Positions 51,601 to 62,900 of a DNA stretch of 64,000 bases are shown here, one piece after another. A program made the position numbers and the translations under genes. The DNA is from Malacoraja senta (lineage: Eukaryota). Every line of letters begins with the position of its first letter. Positions within the stretch are counted from its first letter, which is position 1. The DNA is taken from assembly GCA_038087875.1 (NCBI GenBank), contig JAXLNO010000316.1, positions 1-64,000 of the forward strand. The letters are read 5' to 3'. A model generated the notes under the pieces. The model searched no databases. It was not told where the DNA came from and saw only the letters and a list, made by a program, of their open reading frames with translations.

Positions 51601-53946
51601 GTTATACATCTTTTCTTTTCGTTTTATTCTATCCCTAACTTCTCTTGTCAGCCACGGTTGCCTCCTACTCCTCTTAGAATCTTTCTTCCTTTTTGGAATG
51701 ATCCTGCGTCTTCCGGATTATGCCCAGAAACTCCTGCCATTGCTGTTCCACCGTCATTCCTGCTGGGATCCCTTTCCAGTCTACTTTGGCCAGCTCCCCT
51801 CTTATGCCTTCATGGTCCCCTTTGTTCAACTGCATCACTGCCACTTCCGATTTAATGTTCTCTCTATCCAAGATTCCGAAGTCTGCTTCTGTATGGCTAC
51901 TGGGTGATTTTAATCTCCCTGATATCGACTGGTCCAGCAATTCTCTTTGTACTGGGGGAAGAAATACTGCATGTAGCAAGATTATGTTGGATTTGGCCAA
52001 TGATTTTAACCTCACTCAAATGGTTGTTAACCCATGAGAGACAGAAATATACTTGACTTGTGAAGAATACATCCTTGATGTGATAGGGGAAAGTTTAAAA
52101 TCAGAAGACACAAAGCCTTTCTGGAATTACATCAAGAAAATGAGCCAGGAAGTATTTGGAATCTCAAGCCTTACATCAGTGGGGCGGACAGTATCTTTGG
52201 CAGCTGACAAGGCCGAAGTGTTAAACCAGCAGTTTTGTTCGGTTTTTACTGAAGAAAACGTAGACAAATTCCCGTCATTGAACTCACAACAAACTCCAAA
52301 AATTGTAGATCTTAAGGTAACAACGAACGGGGTGCAGAAATTATTGAAAGAAATAAAACCAAAGAAGGCATCAGGGCCAGACAAGATACCAGCCAGAGTT
52401 TTAGAGAATTGCTCAGCAAGCTTAGCTCCAGTCTTCCAAAAGAGTTTTCAGAAGTCTGTGGTTTGTGGAGAACTCCCAGGAGATTGGCTGAATGCTAACA
52501 TTGTCCCCATTTATAAAAAAGGAGATAGGATAAATCCTGCAAATTATCGCCCAGTTTCACTGACCTCCATACCATGCAAGTTTCTCGAACATATAATCCA
52601 CCGACATATTATGGACCATATTGACTTCCACAAGGCACTAACAAACCACCAACATGTCTTTGGACAGGGTCGACATGTGAAACCCAACTGGCGGGACTCA
52701 TCGATGATCTAGCCAGGTCACTCGATAACAAGGGTCAGACTGACCTGATTATATTAGACTTCAATAAGGCTTTTGATAAGGTTCCCCATAAGCGGCTCCT
52801 GTACTAGCTCAACCATGTAGGATTAGACGGCAACCTCTTAAAATGGATTGAGATATTTTTGACAAGGAGACACCAGCGAGTTCTTTTGGAGGGAGAGACG
52901 TCTATTGAAACTTCTGTGACATCAGGTGTACCACAGGGGACTGTCATAGGTCCATTGCTCTTCCTACTGTATATCCATGACATTCCAAATGCAGTTTCGT
53001 CCAGAGTTCGACACTTCGCAGATGATGCCATAATTTATAGAGAGATTAAAACACCAAAAGACAGCTTGTCCTCACAGAAGGATCTGGATGCTCTCTGTGA
53101 GGGGGGAAAAACCTGGCAGATGTCGTTCAATACAACCAAATGTCACACCGTGCATGTCTCACACAAGATTAAACCATTTTTTACCGAATACAACATGGGT
53201 AGCCATACATTGCTTGCTGTTAACCATCACCCATATCTAAGAGTCGAATTAAGCAAAGATTTAAGTTGGGCGACGCATATTTGTCAAGTGTCCAACAAAG
53301 CAAATAGAACTCTCGGCCTACTCAAAAGAAATTTTCACGCATGTAGTACATCCGCTAAAGAGAATGCCTACAAGTCCTTGGTCAGGCCCAAATTGGATTA
53401 TTGTGGAGCCGTATGGGATCCTTTCTTCAACAACAACAACAACATGATCACCCTGGAGAAAGTACAATGCCGAGCAGCCCGCTTTGTATGTAATGACTAC
53501 AAGCATAAATCAAGCGTGAATAATATGCTGACTTCTCTCGGATGGTTACCCTAGAGCTCCGCAGAATCAGGCTAAGACTTATTGCAATTTACAAGGAGAT
53601 TCACAAAATCACGCCATCAAATCTCCCGTCATCCCAGAGCACCAATTGCCATGAAACAAGACAAAATAACGGTCCCTATATCATCAACTTGCTAAATTTC
53701 AATAAACTTTGCTACCAATATTCCCTTTACCCAAGGATGATAAGGGAATGGAATAGGTTACTACCCAACACAAGTGCTGCTCCCGATATTAAGTCATTTA
53801 AAAAGGGGATTGAGCAAATAGATCTCCTCAACTTGGTCAAAAAGGCCCACTTCACAATGTAATCACTACTCTCCTCAGTTCGACCTGCGCAAGATAACCA
53901 CTGATGAGGTGTTTGCGCAGTAATTAACCAGAATCAGAACCAGAAT
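48642..53946 (+). mobile_element. Single-ORF LINE (RTE-X/CR1-group-like): 2A-like peptide, PHD, APE, RT; disrupted
   Basis: LAGEVALNPGP; C4HC3 PHD (CMVC..CEGC..WFH..C..W.C.NC); in-frame APE LNLNCQSI..PDIIIGTES, LGDFNLPDIDW; RT KASGPD, NYRPVSLT, GVPQGTVIGP, HFADD; 3' hairpin and (CAGAAY)n tail. Confidence 0.9.
49641..51865 (-). mobile_element. CR1 LINE, 2.2-kb 5'-truncated copy nested in the RTE-X-like element
   Basis: ORFs 50881-51231 (KSPGPDG, NYRPVSLT), 50359-50646 (QGSVLGP, FADDTKL) and 49783-50052. Confidence 0.95.
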
Positions 53947-54129
53947 CCGTGTCTCTGGCGCAAGATGAAAGCAACTCTACCGCAGCGCCACTATGTCGCT
54001 ACCATTCACCTCAATATAGATGGTATCTCTACCCTTTATCTGATTGTGGCTATACTTTAATCTTCTTATTCACATACGGTATTCAGCTGTGGATCAGCTT
54101 TTGCTACTAAATCAGAGGGTTCAAGTCTC

Positions 54130-56765
54130 TAAATCTGAAGGGTTCTCCATCCATCGTATGGACCATACACTGGCATCTGGGAAAGGGAGAGGAGGGGGCG
54201 TCTGCCTCATGGTCAACTCTGCGTGGTGCTCAGACGTGGCAGTCCTGTCCAACTCCTGCTCTCCACACCTCGAACATCTGGCGGTGAAGTGTCGTCCCTT
54301 CTACCTTCCGAGGGAATTCACCTCCATCATCCTGACCGCGGTCTACATCCCACCCCAGGCAGACGTCCGTCTGGCACTGGGGGAGCTGCACGCCGTGGTC
54401 AACAAACACCAGACGTCTTACCCCGAGGCGTTTACCACCATAGCCGGGGACTTCAATAAGGCAAACCTAAAGAAATCACTCCCTAACTTCCACCAACATG
54501 TCTCCTGCTGCACCAGAGGATCAAACACCCTCGACCACTGCTACACCACCATCAAGAATGCCTATCGCTCTATCCCTCGCCCTCACTTCGGTAAATCCGA
54601 CCATACCGCGGTGCTGCTTCTTCCTGCCTACAGGAAGCAATTAAAGAGCGCACCCCCAGAGGTGAGGACAGTACAGAGCTGGTCGGGGGGGGGGGGCAGA
54701 GGAACAACTCCAGGACTGTTTGGAGTCTGTAGACTGGGCAATGTTCAAGGACTCGGCAACGGACCTGAACGACTACGCCACAGTCGTTACAGACTTCATT
54801 AAGAAGTGTGTGGAGGACTGCATCCCCACCAAAACCTTCCGAGCGTTTCCCAATCAGAAACCTTGGATGAACTTTGAGATCCGCACTCTTCTGAAGTCCA
54901 GACACCGGGCATTCATGTCTGATGATACAGTGGCCTACAAGGAGTCCAGATACGACCTTGGTAAGGCCATCAAAAAGGCCAAAAGGGACCTGCTCCAAAC
55001 TGGAGGAAGAGACTGATGTTCGGCGGCTGTGGCAGGGCCTGAATGCAATCACCTCTTACAAGGCGAAATCAGGAGGCAGCTCAAATGTCGGCGAAACATC
55101 ACTCCCTGATGAGCTCAATGCGTTTTACGCACGCTTTGATAGGGAGAACACCGATATGCCTTGCCGAGCCCCCATTCGCTGTGATGGTATTTCAGTCTCA
55201 GTCACAGAGGCCGACGTCAGGAAATCCTTCAGAGGGGTGAACCCTCGAAAAGCGCCTGGACCTGATGGTATACCTGGTCGCGTTCTAAAAACCTGTGCGG
55301 ACCAACTGGCTGGAGTTTTTACAGACATTTTCAACCTCTCACTTCTGAGGTCTGAGGTCCCCACCTGCTTCAAAAGGGCATCAATTATACCAGTGCCCAA
55401 GAAGAGTAAGGTAACGTGCCTCAATGGCTATCGACCTGTGGCACTAACGCCTGTGGTGATGAAGTGCTTTGAGAGGTTGATCATGACGCAGATCAACTCC
55501 TACCTCGACAAAAACCTGGACCCACTGCAGTTCGCTTACCGCCACAACAGATCAACGGTGGATGCAATCTCGCTGGCCCTCCACTCCGCTCTGGACCACT
55601 TGGACAACAAAAACTCATATGTCAGGCTGTTATTCATCGATTACAGCTCGGCATTTAACACAATCATCCCCTCCAAGCTGGTTACCAAACTCGCAGAACT
55701 GGGTCTCTGCGCATCCCTCTGCAATTGGATCCTCGACTTCCTCAATCTCAGACCACAGTCTGTTCGTATTGGTGGAAATGTGTCAGACTCGATAACAATT
55801 AGCACGGGAGCACCTCAAGGCTGCGTGCTCAGTCCCCTGCTGTACTCACTCTATACTCATGACTGCGTAGCCGGACATAGTGCGAACTCCATCATCAAGT
55901 TCGCTGATGACACCACTGTTGTGGGACGTATCACTGATGGTGATGAGTCAGAGTATAGAAGAGAGATCGAGCAACTGTCCATATGGTGCCAGCACAACAA
56001 CCTGGCCCTCAACACCAGCAAAACCAAGGAACTGATTGTGGACTTTGGAAGGAGTAGGATGGGGACCCACAGTCCCGTTTATATCAACGGGTCGATGGTT
56101 GAAAGGGTCAAGAGCTTTAAATTCCTGGGCGTGCACATCTCTGAAGATCTTTCCTGGTCCGAGAACAATGATGCCATTATTAAGAAAGCACATCAGCGCC
56201 TCTACTTCCTGAGAAGATTACGGAGAGTCGGTTTGTCAAGGAGGACTCTCTCTAACTTCTACAGGTGCACAGTAGAGAGCATGCTGACCGGTTGCATCGT
56301 GGCTTGGTTCGGCAACTTGAGTGCCCTGGAGAGGAAAAGACTACAAAAAGTAGTAAACACTGCCCAGTCCATCATCGGCTCTGACCTCCCTTCCATCGAG
56401 GGGATCTACCACAGTCGCTGCCTCAAAAAGGCTGGCAGCATCATCAAGGACCCACACCATCCTGGTCACACACTCATCTCCCTACTACCTTCAGGTAGAA
56501 GGTACAGGAGCCTGAAGACTGCAACGACCAGGTTCAGGAACAGCTACTTCCCCACAGCCATCAGGCTATTAAACCTGGCTCGGACATAACACTGAACTTT
56601 ACTAGCCAATACTGTTATTTGCACGTTATCAGTATATTGACCATTGTGTATATATTTATAGAATGCCTTGTAGTAAATGCCTACTATGTTCTGTTGTGCT
56701 CAAGCAAAGCAAGAATTTCATTGTCCTACCAGGGACACATGACAATAAACTCACTTGACTTGACT
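54130..56765 (+). mobile_element. Rex1/Babar-clade LINE, 5'-truncated, with APE and long RT ORF
   Basis: GKGRGGGVC, CRPFYLPREF, AGDFN, GKSDH; 555-aa ORF with LDPLQFAY, FIDYSSAFNTI, GAPQGCVLSP, IIKFADD; tail TGACAATAAA(CTTGA)n. Confidence 0.95.
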
Positions 56766-56913
56766 TCACTCTCGGCACCTGTGTGACTGTGATTCTAGTC
56801 GCTGCTCAGGCTGATCCTGCTGCAGTACTCAGGGAGAGCCACATTGTCGGGGTTGCCGTATGACAATCAATGTTTGCGTGTTGCTTTTCCCATTCAACAA
56901 GCATGGCTATACT

Positions 56914-57658
56914 ACCCCCTCCCCTGGGGTATTTGCCCCTGCAACTGCAGGAGATGCAACACCTGCCTTTATACCACCTCCCTTGACTCTATTCAGGGAC
57001 CCTGACAGTCCTTTCAAGTGAAACAGAGGTTCACGTGTACCTCCTCTAACCACAATTACTGCATCCAGTGTTCCCGATGTGGGATTCTGTACATCAGCGA
57101 GACCAAAGGTAGACCCTACGACCATTTCGCTGAACACAAGCTCGGTCCGCCGAGGCCTACGGGATCACCCGGTTGCCAATCATTGCCAATCAACTCCCCT
57201 TCCCATCCCACACTGACCTTTCTGCCCTGAGCCGCATCTATTGCCAGAGTAAGGCTGCGCGCAAATTGGAAGAACAGTACTTCACATTTCGCTTGGGTAG
57301 CATACAACCCAGGGGTATGAATGTTGAATTCTCTAATTTTAGGTAACTTTTACCAATATTAATTTTCACTCCCTGGCTTCCTTCTTCCCCCTAGTCGTTG
57401 CACTAGTTCCACAGTTCAATCCATTGTATCCTTCTTCAGATCACACCTTCCCCAGCCAACAATAGGTCTAACAGAGCACCACCCTGCCTGAGGTCATTTG
57501 TGGCCGGCCCTGATTGATCCTGGTCTTTTCTTGCCTCCTGCTCTTCACACTTCTCCTACCCCCTACTTTCAGTCTGAAGAAGGGGCCCGATCCGAAACGT
57601 CACTCATCTGAATATAACACCGTATAAGGCAGCATCTGCAGCTGTTTGTTTCTATAGG
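56914..57658 (+). mobile_element. Penelope-like element: GIY-YIG endonuclease remnant + terminus
   Basis: FTCTSSN..YCIQCSRCGILYISETK...FAEH GIY-YIG motif; 11-bp TSD ATGGCTATACT at 56903-56913 and 57659-57669. Confidence 0.88.
57571..57604 (+). ncRNA. Minimal type I hammerhead ribozyme motif
   Basis: AGT-CTGAAGA-A-GGG(GCCCGA)TCC-GAAACGTC-ACT: stem I AGU/ACU, stem II, palindromic ACGU stem III, UC cleavage site. Confidence 0.65.
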
Positions 57659-57994
57659 ATGGCTATACTCCTTCAATAGGCATAAAGCTGAGTAATCCTG
57701 AATGTTATATGATAATTAGTTTTCATTGTGTATTTGTGTTGCTCATCACCTCACAGATTCTGAATTATCTACCGCTAGCGTTTCTTCCCCTGACGTAGAC
57801 CTCTATAGGAATTCCCACTGAACTATTGTATTTATCTGTCCAGGTCAGGTGGCTATTGTTGCAAAATAGAACGCGTGTTTTAAATGGTTCAGTATTCTGC
57901 TGTCCGTGAAACAAACTGCTATACTGCATTTGACCAGGGGAGGGCAACAGCAACCTGTCAGGACGGAGCGCAGAAGGCAGCAGTTATTAACGTC

Positions 57995-58230
57995 CGATAA
58001 ATGATGGATAGACACAAAAAGCTGGAGTAACTCAGCGGGTCAGGCAGCATCTCTGGAGAAAAGGAATAGGTGACGTTTGGAGTTGAGACTGAGTCGAATT
58101 CTGACTGAGAGTCAGGGGAAAGTGTAAACGAGAGATATAGATGGTGATATAGATAGATATGGGACAAATGCATGAAAGGTGCAAAAAAAGTAACGATGAT
58201 CAAGGAAACGGTCCATTGTTGGCTGCGGGT
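57995..58230 (-). mobile_element. Penelope-like terminal fragment
   Basis: GACACAAAAAGCTGGAGTAACTCAGCGGGTCAGGCAGCATC terminus shared with the other copies. Confidence 0.75.
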
Positions 58231-58564
58231 TAGGTGTTCCTGCTCAGTGCTAACCCCCAGGATAGTGAATGTGGAGCTAACAGCAATCTAACTGAAGATG
58301 ACGGATATGGCACTATACCCTGTCTTGGTGGAGATGATCAATGCCAGCACTTCTGTGCGGCACATGTTAATAGAGAGGTTGCACGGCAGTCGATGTCACG
58401 ACCCGTGCCCGCACTGTCGCCACGCAAAGCCACCTGGAGTATAGGCGGTGAACGTCAGGTAAGCACTTACTCTGGCTGCCAGTACAGTCTTCTGTCCCAG
58501 CATCCGGACTCCACGCTGACTGGTTCCACACTCGCGGATCCCAGGCCGACTGTCCCCGCGGCCA

Positions 58565-58680
58565 GGAGGGGGGGGGGGGGCGTTGGTGTGGGTGGTGGTG
58601 GTGGGGGGGGGGGGGGGGTTGGGCGGTGGTGGAGGTGGAGGGTGGTCGGGTGGGGGGGGGGGGGTGGTGGTCGGGGGTGC
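58565..58680. repeat. G-rich low-complexity tract
   Basis: Poly-G and (GGT)n runs. Confidence 0.9.
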
Positions 58681-59494
58681 CGGTGCAGCGCGGTCAGTGA
58701 CTCTGGGTGGGCGGAGGGACCAGACTGTCAACCTCCACAATTATTTACAGCGCAAAAATTGGCCATTTCAGCGGTTTTTAATAGGTAAGAAAGTACGGGT
58801 TTCGTGTGTTAACAGTGTATGCCGGAGGCTGCCGTGTCCTCCAGAAGGATTGAGCTGCTCCGTGCGTCACGCCCTTTGACCCGATGACCTTATGTGCTAA
58901 CGTAGGCGAGTTTGGTATTCCGATAAAACGCAAGGAATCATGGGATTTGTCAAAGGTCAAGCGCTATAAATAAAAATCGAACGATTCAGTGAATATAGAT
59001 TTTTCAATTTTGTATTTGTCAGGTGGCAGATAGAGGTGGCAGATAGAGGGAGTGACAGGGGGGGAGGGAGTGGGAGACGGGGGGAGAGACCGGGAGACGG
59101 GGGCAGAGTCCAGGAGACGGGGTGGGGGTGGGGGGGAGAGAGAGAGAGACTGGTCCATATCCCTCCAAACCTGTCCTATTGTACCTGTCTAATTGTTTTT
59201 TAGTCACCAGCAGAATTATTTTCTGGTCTTAGGTCATTAAAATATTTTGTGCTGAGCAATGGAGCAGACAGGCTCCAGATAAAGCTGGCTGGTGTCACTC
59301 ACTTGAGAAACGATGATTACTCTCAAAGTTGGTGCAGTTATCTTTATTTCAACAAAAAACGATTGTAAAACTCGATTTACTGCTCAAAAGCCTTGGATAA
59401 ACTCCATTGTGTTTTTTTTTGTCAATTGTTATCCATCGTGTAAGACTGATTGCATTCATTATATAGTTTTATCTGAGTTAATTCAACCTCTCTA

Positions 59495-59700
59495 CTAAAT
59501 CAGAGGCTCCAAGTCTCACTCCCGGCACCTGCGTGACTGTGGTTCTGTCGCAGCTCAGGCGGATCCCGCTGCAGTACTCAGGGAAAGCCGCATTGTAGGG
59601 GCTGCCGAATGACAGTCAATGTTATACTGTGACCCAGTCTGCTCTGGAGTGAATGCTCAATATCTCAGCATTATACTGAGAAAAGCATCGGTGTTATTTT
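59495..59700 (+). mobile_element. Old Deu-core-like SINE (paralog split at 54105-54129 / 56766-56870)
   Basis: TGCAGTACTCAGGGAAAGCCGCATTGT resembles the DeuSINE core, as recalled rather than aligned. Confidence 0.45.
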
Positions 59701-60000
59701 TTAAACTAATTCATTAATTGTGATAAATTGTTGCTGTAAATACAGTGCATGTTATTTTCCCTCTTCAACAAGTATGTCTATATGCCTTCAATAACCATGA
59801 AACTCTGCTATCCTGTTTTTTTATAGGATAATGTGTCAGATCGGTGTGTTTTTATGCTGCTCATCTCCCCATAGATTCTGAGATATATCGCTAGCATTTC
59901 TGTCCCTGATGTAGACGTCTGTCTGAATTCCAACGGGACTATTGTATTTAACTGTCCAAGTGATTATTGTGGGGAAATGGAAAGCGTGTTTTAAATGGTT

Positions 60001-60195
60001 CAGCAAGACATAGGAGATAGTGATCGACTTCAGGATGCGTAGCGGTACACACACCCCAGTTTGCATTGACAGCGCCGAGGTAGAGCTGATTGAAAACTTC
60101 AAATTCGTAGGAGTCAATATCACCATCAACTTCTCCTTGACAACCCATATTGAAGCAACGACCAAGAAAACACACCAACGCCTCTACTTTTAGCA
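60001..60195 (+). mobile_element. Rex1-like RT fragment
   Basis: EIVIDFR..HTPVCID..VE..ENFKF.GV.I..HQRLYF; homologous to 56020-56210. Confidence 0.75.
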
Positions 60196-60450
60196 ATATT
60201 CAAGTAGCCACAAAATAGTAGAAATCAGGATGGTGTGTGGGTTGCTGTGGGGAACCAATATATATCGGTGGAAACACAAGGAACTGCAGGGAGATGCTGG
60301 AACATATGTAGAACACAAAGTGCTGAAGTAACTCACTGGGTTAGGTAGTATTTCTGGAGGATGTGAATATTTGACGATTCGGGTCGCGACACTTCATCGG
60401 ATCCTTATTCATTCTCAACAAGAGCCCCGACGTGAAACGTCGCATATCTA

Positions 60451-61819
60451 GAGTGCCCTTCATAATGTTTGGGACAAAGATCCATCATTTATTTATTGCC
60501 TCTGTACTCCACAATTTGAGATTTGTAATTAAAAAAAACCCACATGTGGTTAAAGTGCACATTGTTAGATTTTAACAAAGGCCATTTTTATACATTTTGG
60601 TTTCACCATGTAGAAATTACAGCAATGTTAATGGATAGTCCCCCCATGTCAGGGCACCATAATGTTTGTGACTCAGCAATGTCATGTAAATGAAAGTAGT
60701 CATGTTTAATATTTTGTTGCATATCCTTTGCATGCAATGACTGCTAGAGGTCTGCGATTCATGGACATCACCAGTTGCTGGGTGTATTCTCTGGTGATGC
60801 TCTGCCAGGCCTGTATTGCAGCCATCTTTAGCTTATGCTGGTTTTGGGGACTAGTACCCTTCAGTTTTCTCTTCAGCATATAAAAGGCATGCTCAATTGG
60901 GTTCAGATCTGGTGATTGACTTGGCCACTCAAGAATTTACTATTTCTTAGCTTTGCAAACTCCTTTGTTGCTTTAGCAGTATGTTTGGGATCATTGTCTT
61001 GCTGTAAGATGAACCGCCAGCCAATGAGTTTTGAGGCATTTGTTTGAACTTGAGCAGATAGGATGTGTCTATACACTTCAGAATTCATTATGCTACTACC
61101 ATTAGCAGTTGTATCATCAATGAAGATAAGTGAGCCAGTACCTTCAGCAGCCATACATGCCCAGCCATACAAATCCACACCTGACTCCTGAAGAGTGTTT
61201 CTGATCTGTCGGACAAGTGTTTGGGGTTTTCTCTTTATTATAGAGAGAATTCTTCTGTCATTAGCTGTGGAAGTCTTCCTTGGCCTGCCAGTCCCTTTGC
61301 GATTGGTAAGCTCGCCAGTGCTCTCTTTCTTCTTAATGATGTTCCAAACAGTTGATTTTGGTAAGCCTACAGTTTGGCTGATGTCTCCAACAGTTTTATT
61401 CGCCTTTCTCAGTACCAAAATAGCTTATTTGACTATCATTGGCACAACTTTGGTCCTCATTTTGATTAACAGCAATAAAAGTTTCCAAATGTGATGGAAA
61501 GACTGGAGGAAAGCCTTGGTGCTGAGAGCTCTCTTATACCTGCATTAAGGAGGCAATGAAACACACCTGAGCAATTTCAAAGACCTGTGAAGCCATGTGC
61601 CCAAACATCATGGTGGCCTGAAATGGGGGGATGAGGTATAGACACAGCTGTAATGTCCACATGGTGAAACCAAAATGCATAACAATGGCCTTTAATAAAA
61701 TCTGACAAAGTACACGTTAACCACATGTGATTTTTTTCTATTACAAATCTCAAATTGTGGAGTACAGAGGCAAATAAATAAATGATGGGTCTTTGTCCCA
61801 AACATTATGAAGGGCGCTG
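60451..61819 (-). mobile_element. Tc1/mariner DNA transposon (IR/DR type), internally deleted transposase ~60706-61460
   Basis: TA on both sides; TIRs of roughly 200 bp (C/G)AGYGCCCTTCATAATGTTTGGGACAAAGA; HTH, GRPRKT, WACM, QQDNDPKHT, SPDLNPIE motifs. Confidence 0.95.
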
Positions 61820-62059
61820 TATGTCCTCTAGAGATGCTGCCTGACCCACTGAGTTACTCCAGCACCCTGTGTTCTACTAAACATAGAAACATAGAAACAT
61901 AGAAAACAGGTGCAGGAGTAGGCCATTCGGCCCTTCGAGCCACCACCGCCATTCAATATGATCATGGCTGTTCCACTACTGTCATGGTCTGCTTGCTTAT
62001 TAGAAGTAGAACTCATTGGTTAAGGAGGTGTAGTGTTGTCGACCAATGAGGTCGCTGCA

Positions 62060-62322
62060 ACCATACAGTGGTAGTTGCTGCCTTTCAGTGCCAGAGACCT
62101 GGGATTGATCCTGTCTGTACGGAGTTTGTACGTTCTCCCCGTGACCAGTATGAGTTTTCTACAGGAGCTCTGGTTTCCTCCCAATCTCCAAAGACGTTAA
62201 TTGGCTTCGGTAAAATTGTAAATTGTCCCTCGTGTGTATGTTAGCGTGTGGGGGTTGCTGGTCGGCACGGACACGGTGGGCCGAAGGGTCCTTTTCTGTG
62301 CTGCATCTCTAAACTAAACTAA
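62060..62322 (+). mobile_element. HE1-like V-SINE
   Basis: V-core GGAGTTTGTACGTTCTCCCCGTG; (CTAAA)n tail. Confidence 0.85.
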
Positions 62323-62324
62323 CC

Positions 62325-62900
62325 ATGGTATGCTGATGGCTGAGGCAATGGATAGATTGGAAGATCACTGAGATAATTACATTTTATTGGTGGTCTTGGT
62401 CATTGATGATATTTTACTAAGCTGGCAATCGGAGGACATTTACACTGCTCCTATCTGGGGCAGGGTGGAACTTGTATTGGCTTGCGTTTGTCAAGAGGTG
62501 AGTTGTTCGCTGTAGAATTCATAACCCCTCCCCCTGAAGTACTGTTGTTGAATTTACATGGCTGGTCCAGTTGAGTTACTGCTCAATACTAACCTCCAGA
62601 GAAGTGAATGTGGAGCCAACAGTAATCCAAATGAACATCAATGAAATGTGGTTACAGTTCTTGTTGGAGATGATCAGTGCCAGCACTAGCGGGGCACCTG
62701 GTAATCGTCAAGATGCTGCTTAGATCCTGTTTGCTGTAGAAATGAACTGCCCTGTTTGGTGAAAAGTTGCAAATGGAATTGAACATTATGCGCATCCCTA
62801 CACTGGTATGAATGTCATTCACGAAGCAGCTGGGCCGAGTTTGTTGCCCCGAGGAGCTATTACACGCAACAAAAACACTCCAGAGCACAGTACACTGACC
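62325..62900 (-). mobile_element. Ancient LINE RT remnant (related piece at 58234-58400)
   Basis: Antisense APRG..LGP..FVNDI-like RT motif; the two regions share GTGAATGTGGAGCYAACAG..GGAGATGATCARTGCCAGCAC. Confidence 0.55.

Noticed and set aside
53895..53912. CTGATGA as a hammerhead core
   Set aside because: No downstream GAAA; it is the loop of a 3' hairpin.
58234..58788. 184-aa ORF with an apparent exon (CCCCCAG|...CAG|GTAAGC)
   Set aside because: The 5' part matches an antisense old LINE remnant (paralog at ~62590) and the 3' part is poly-G low complexity.
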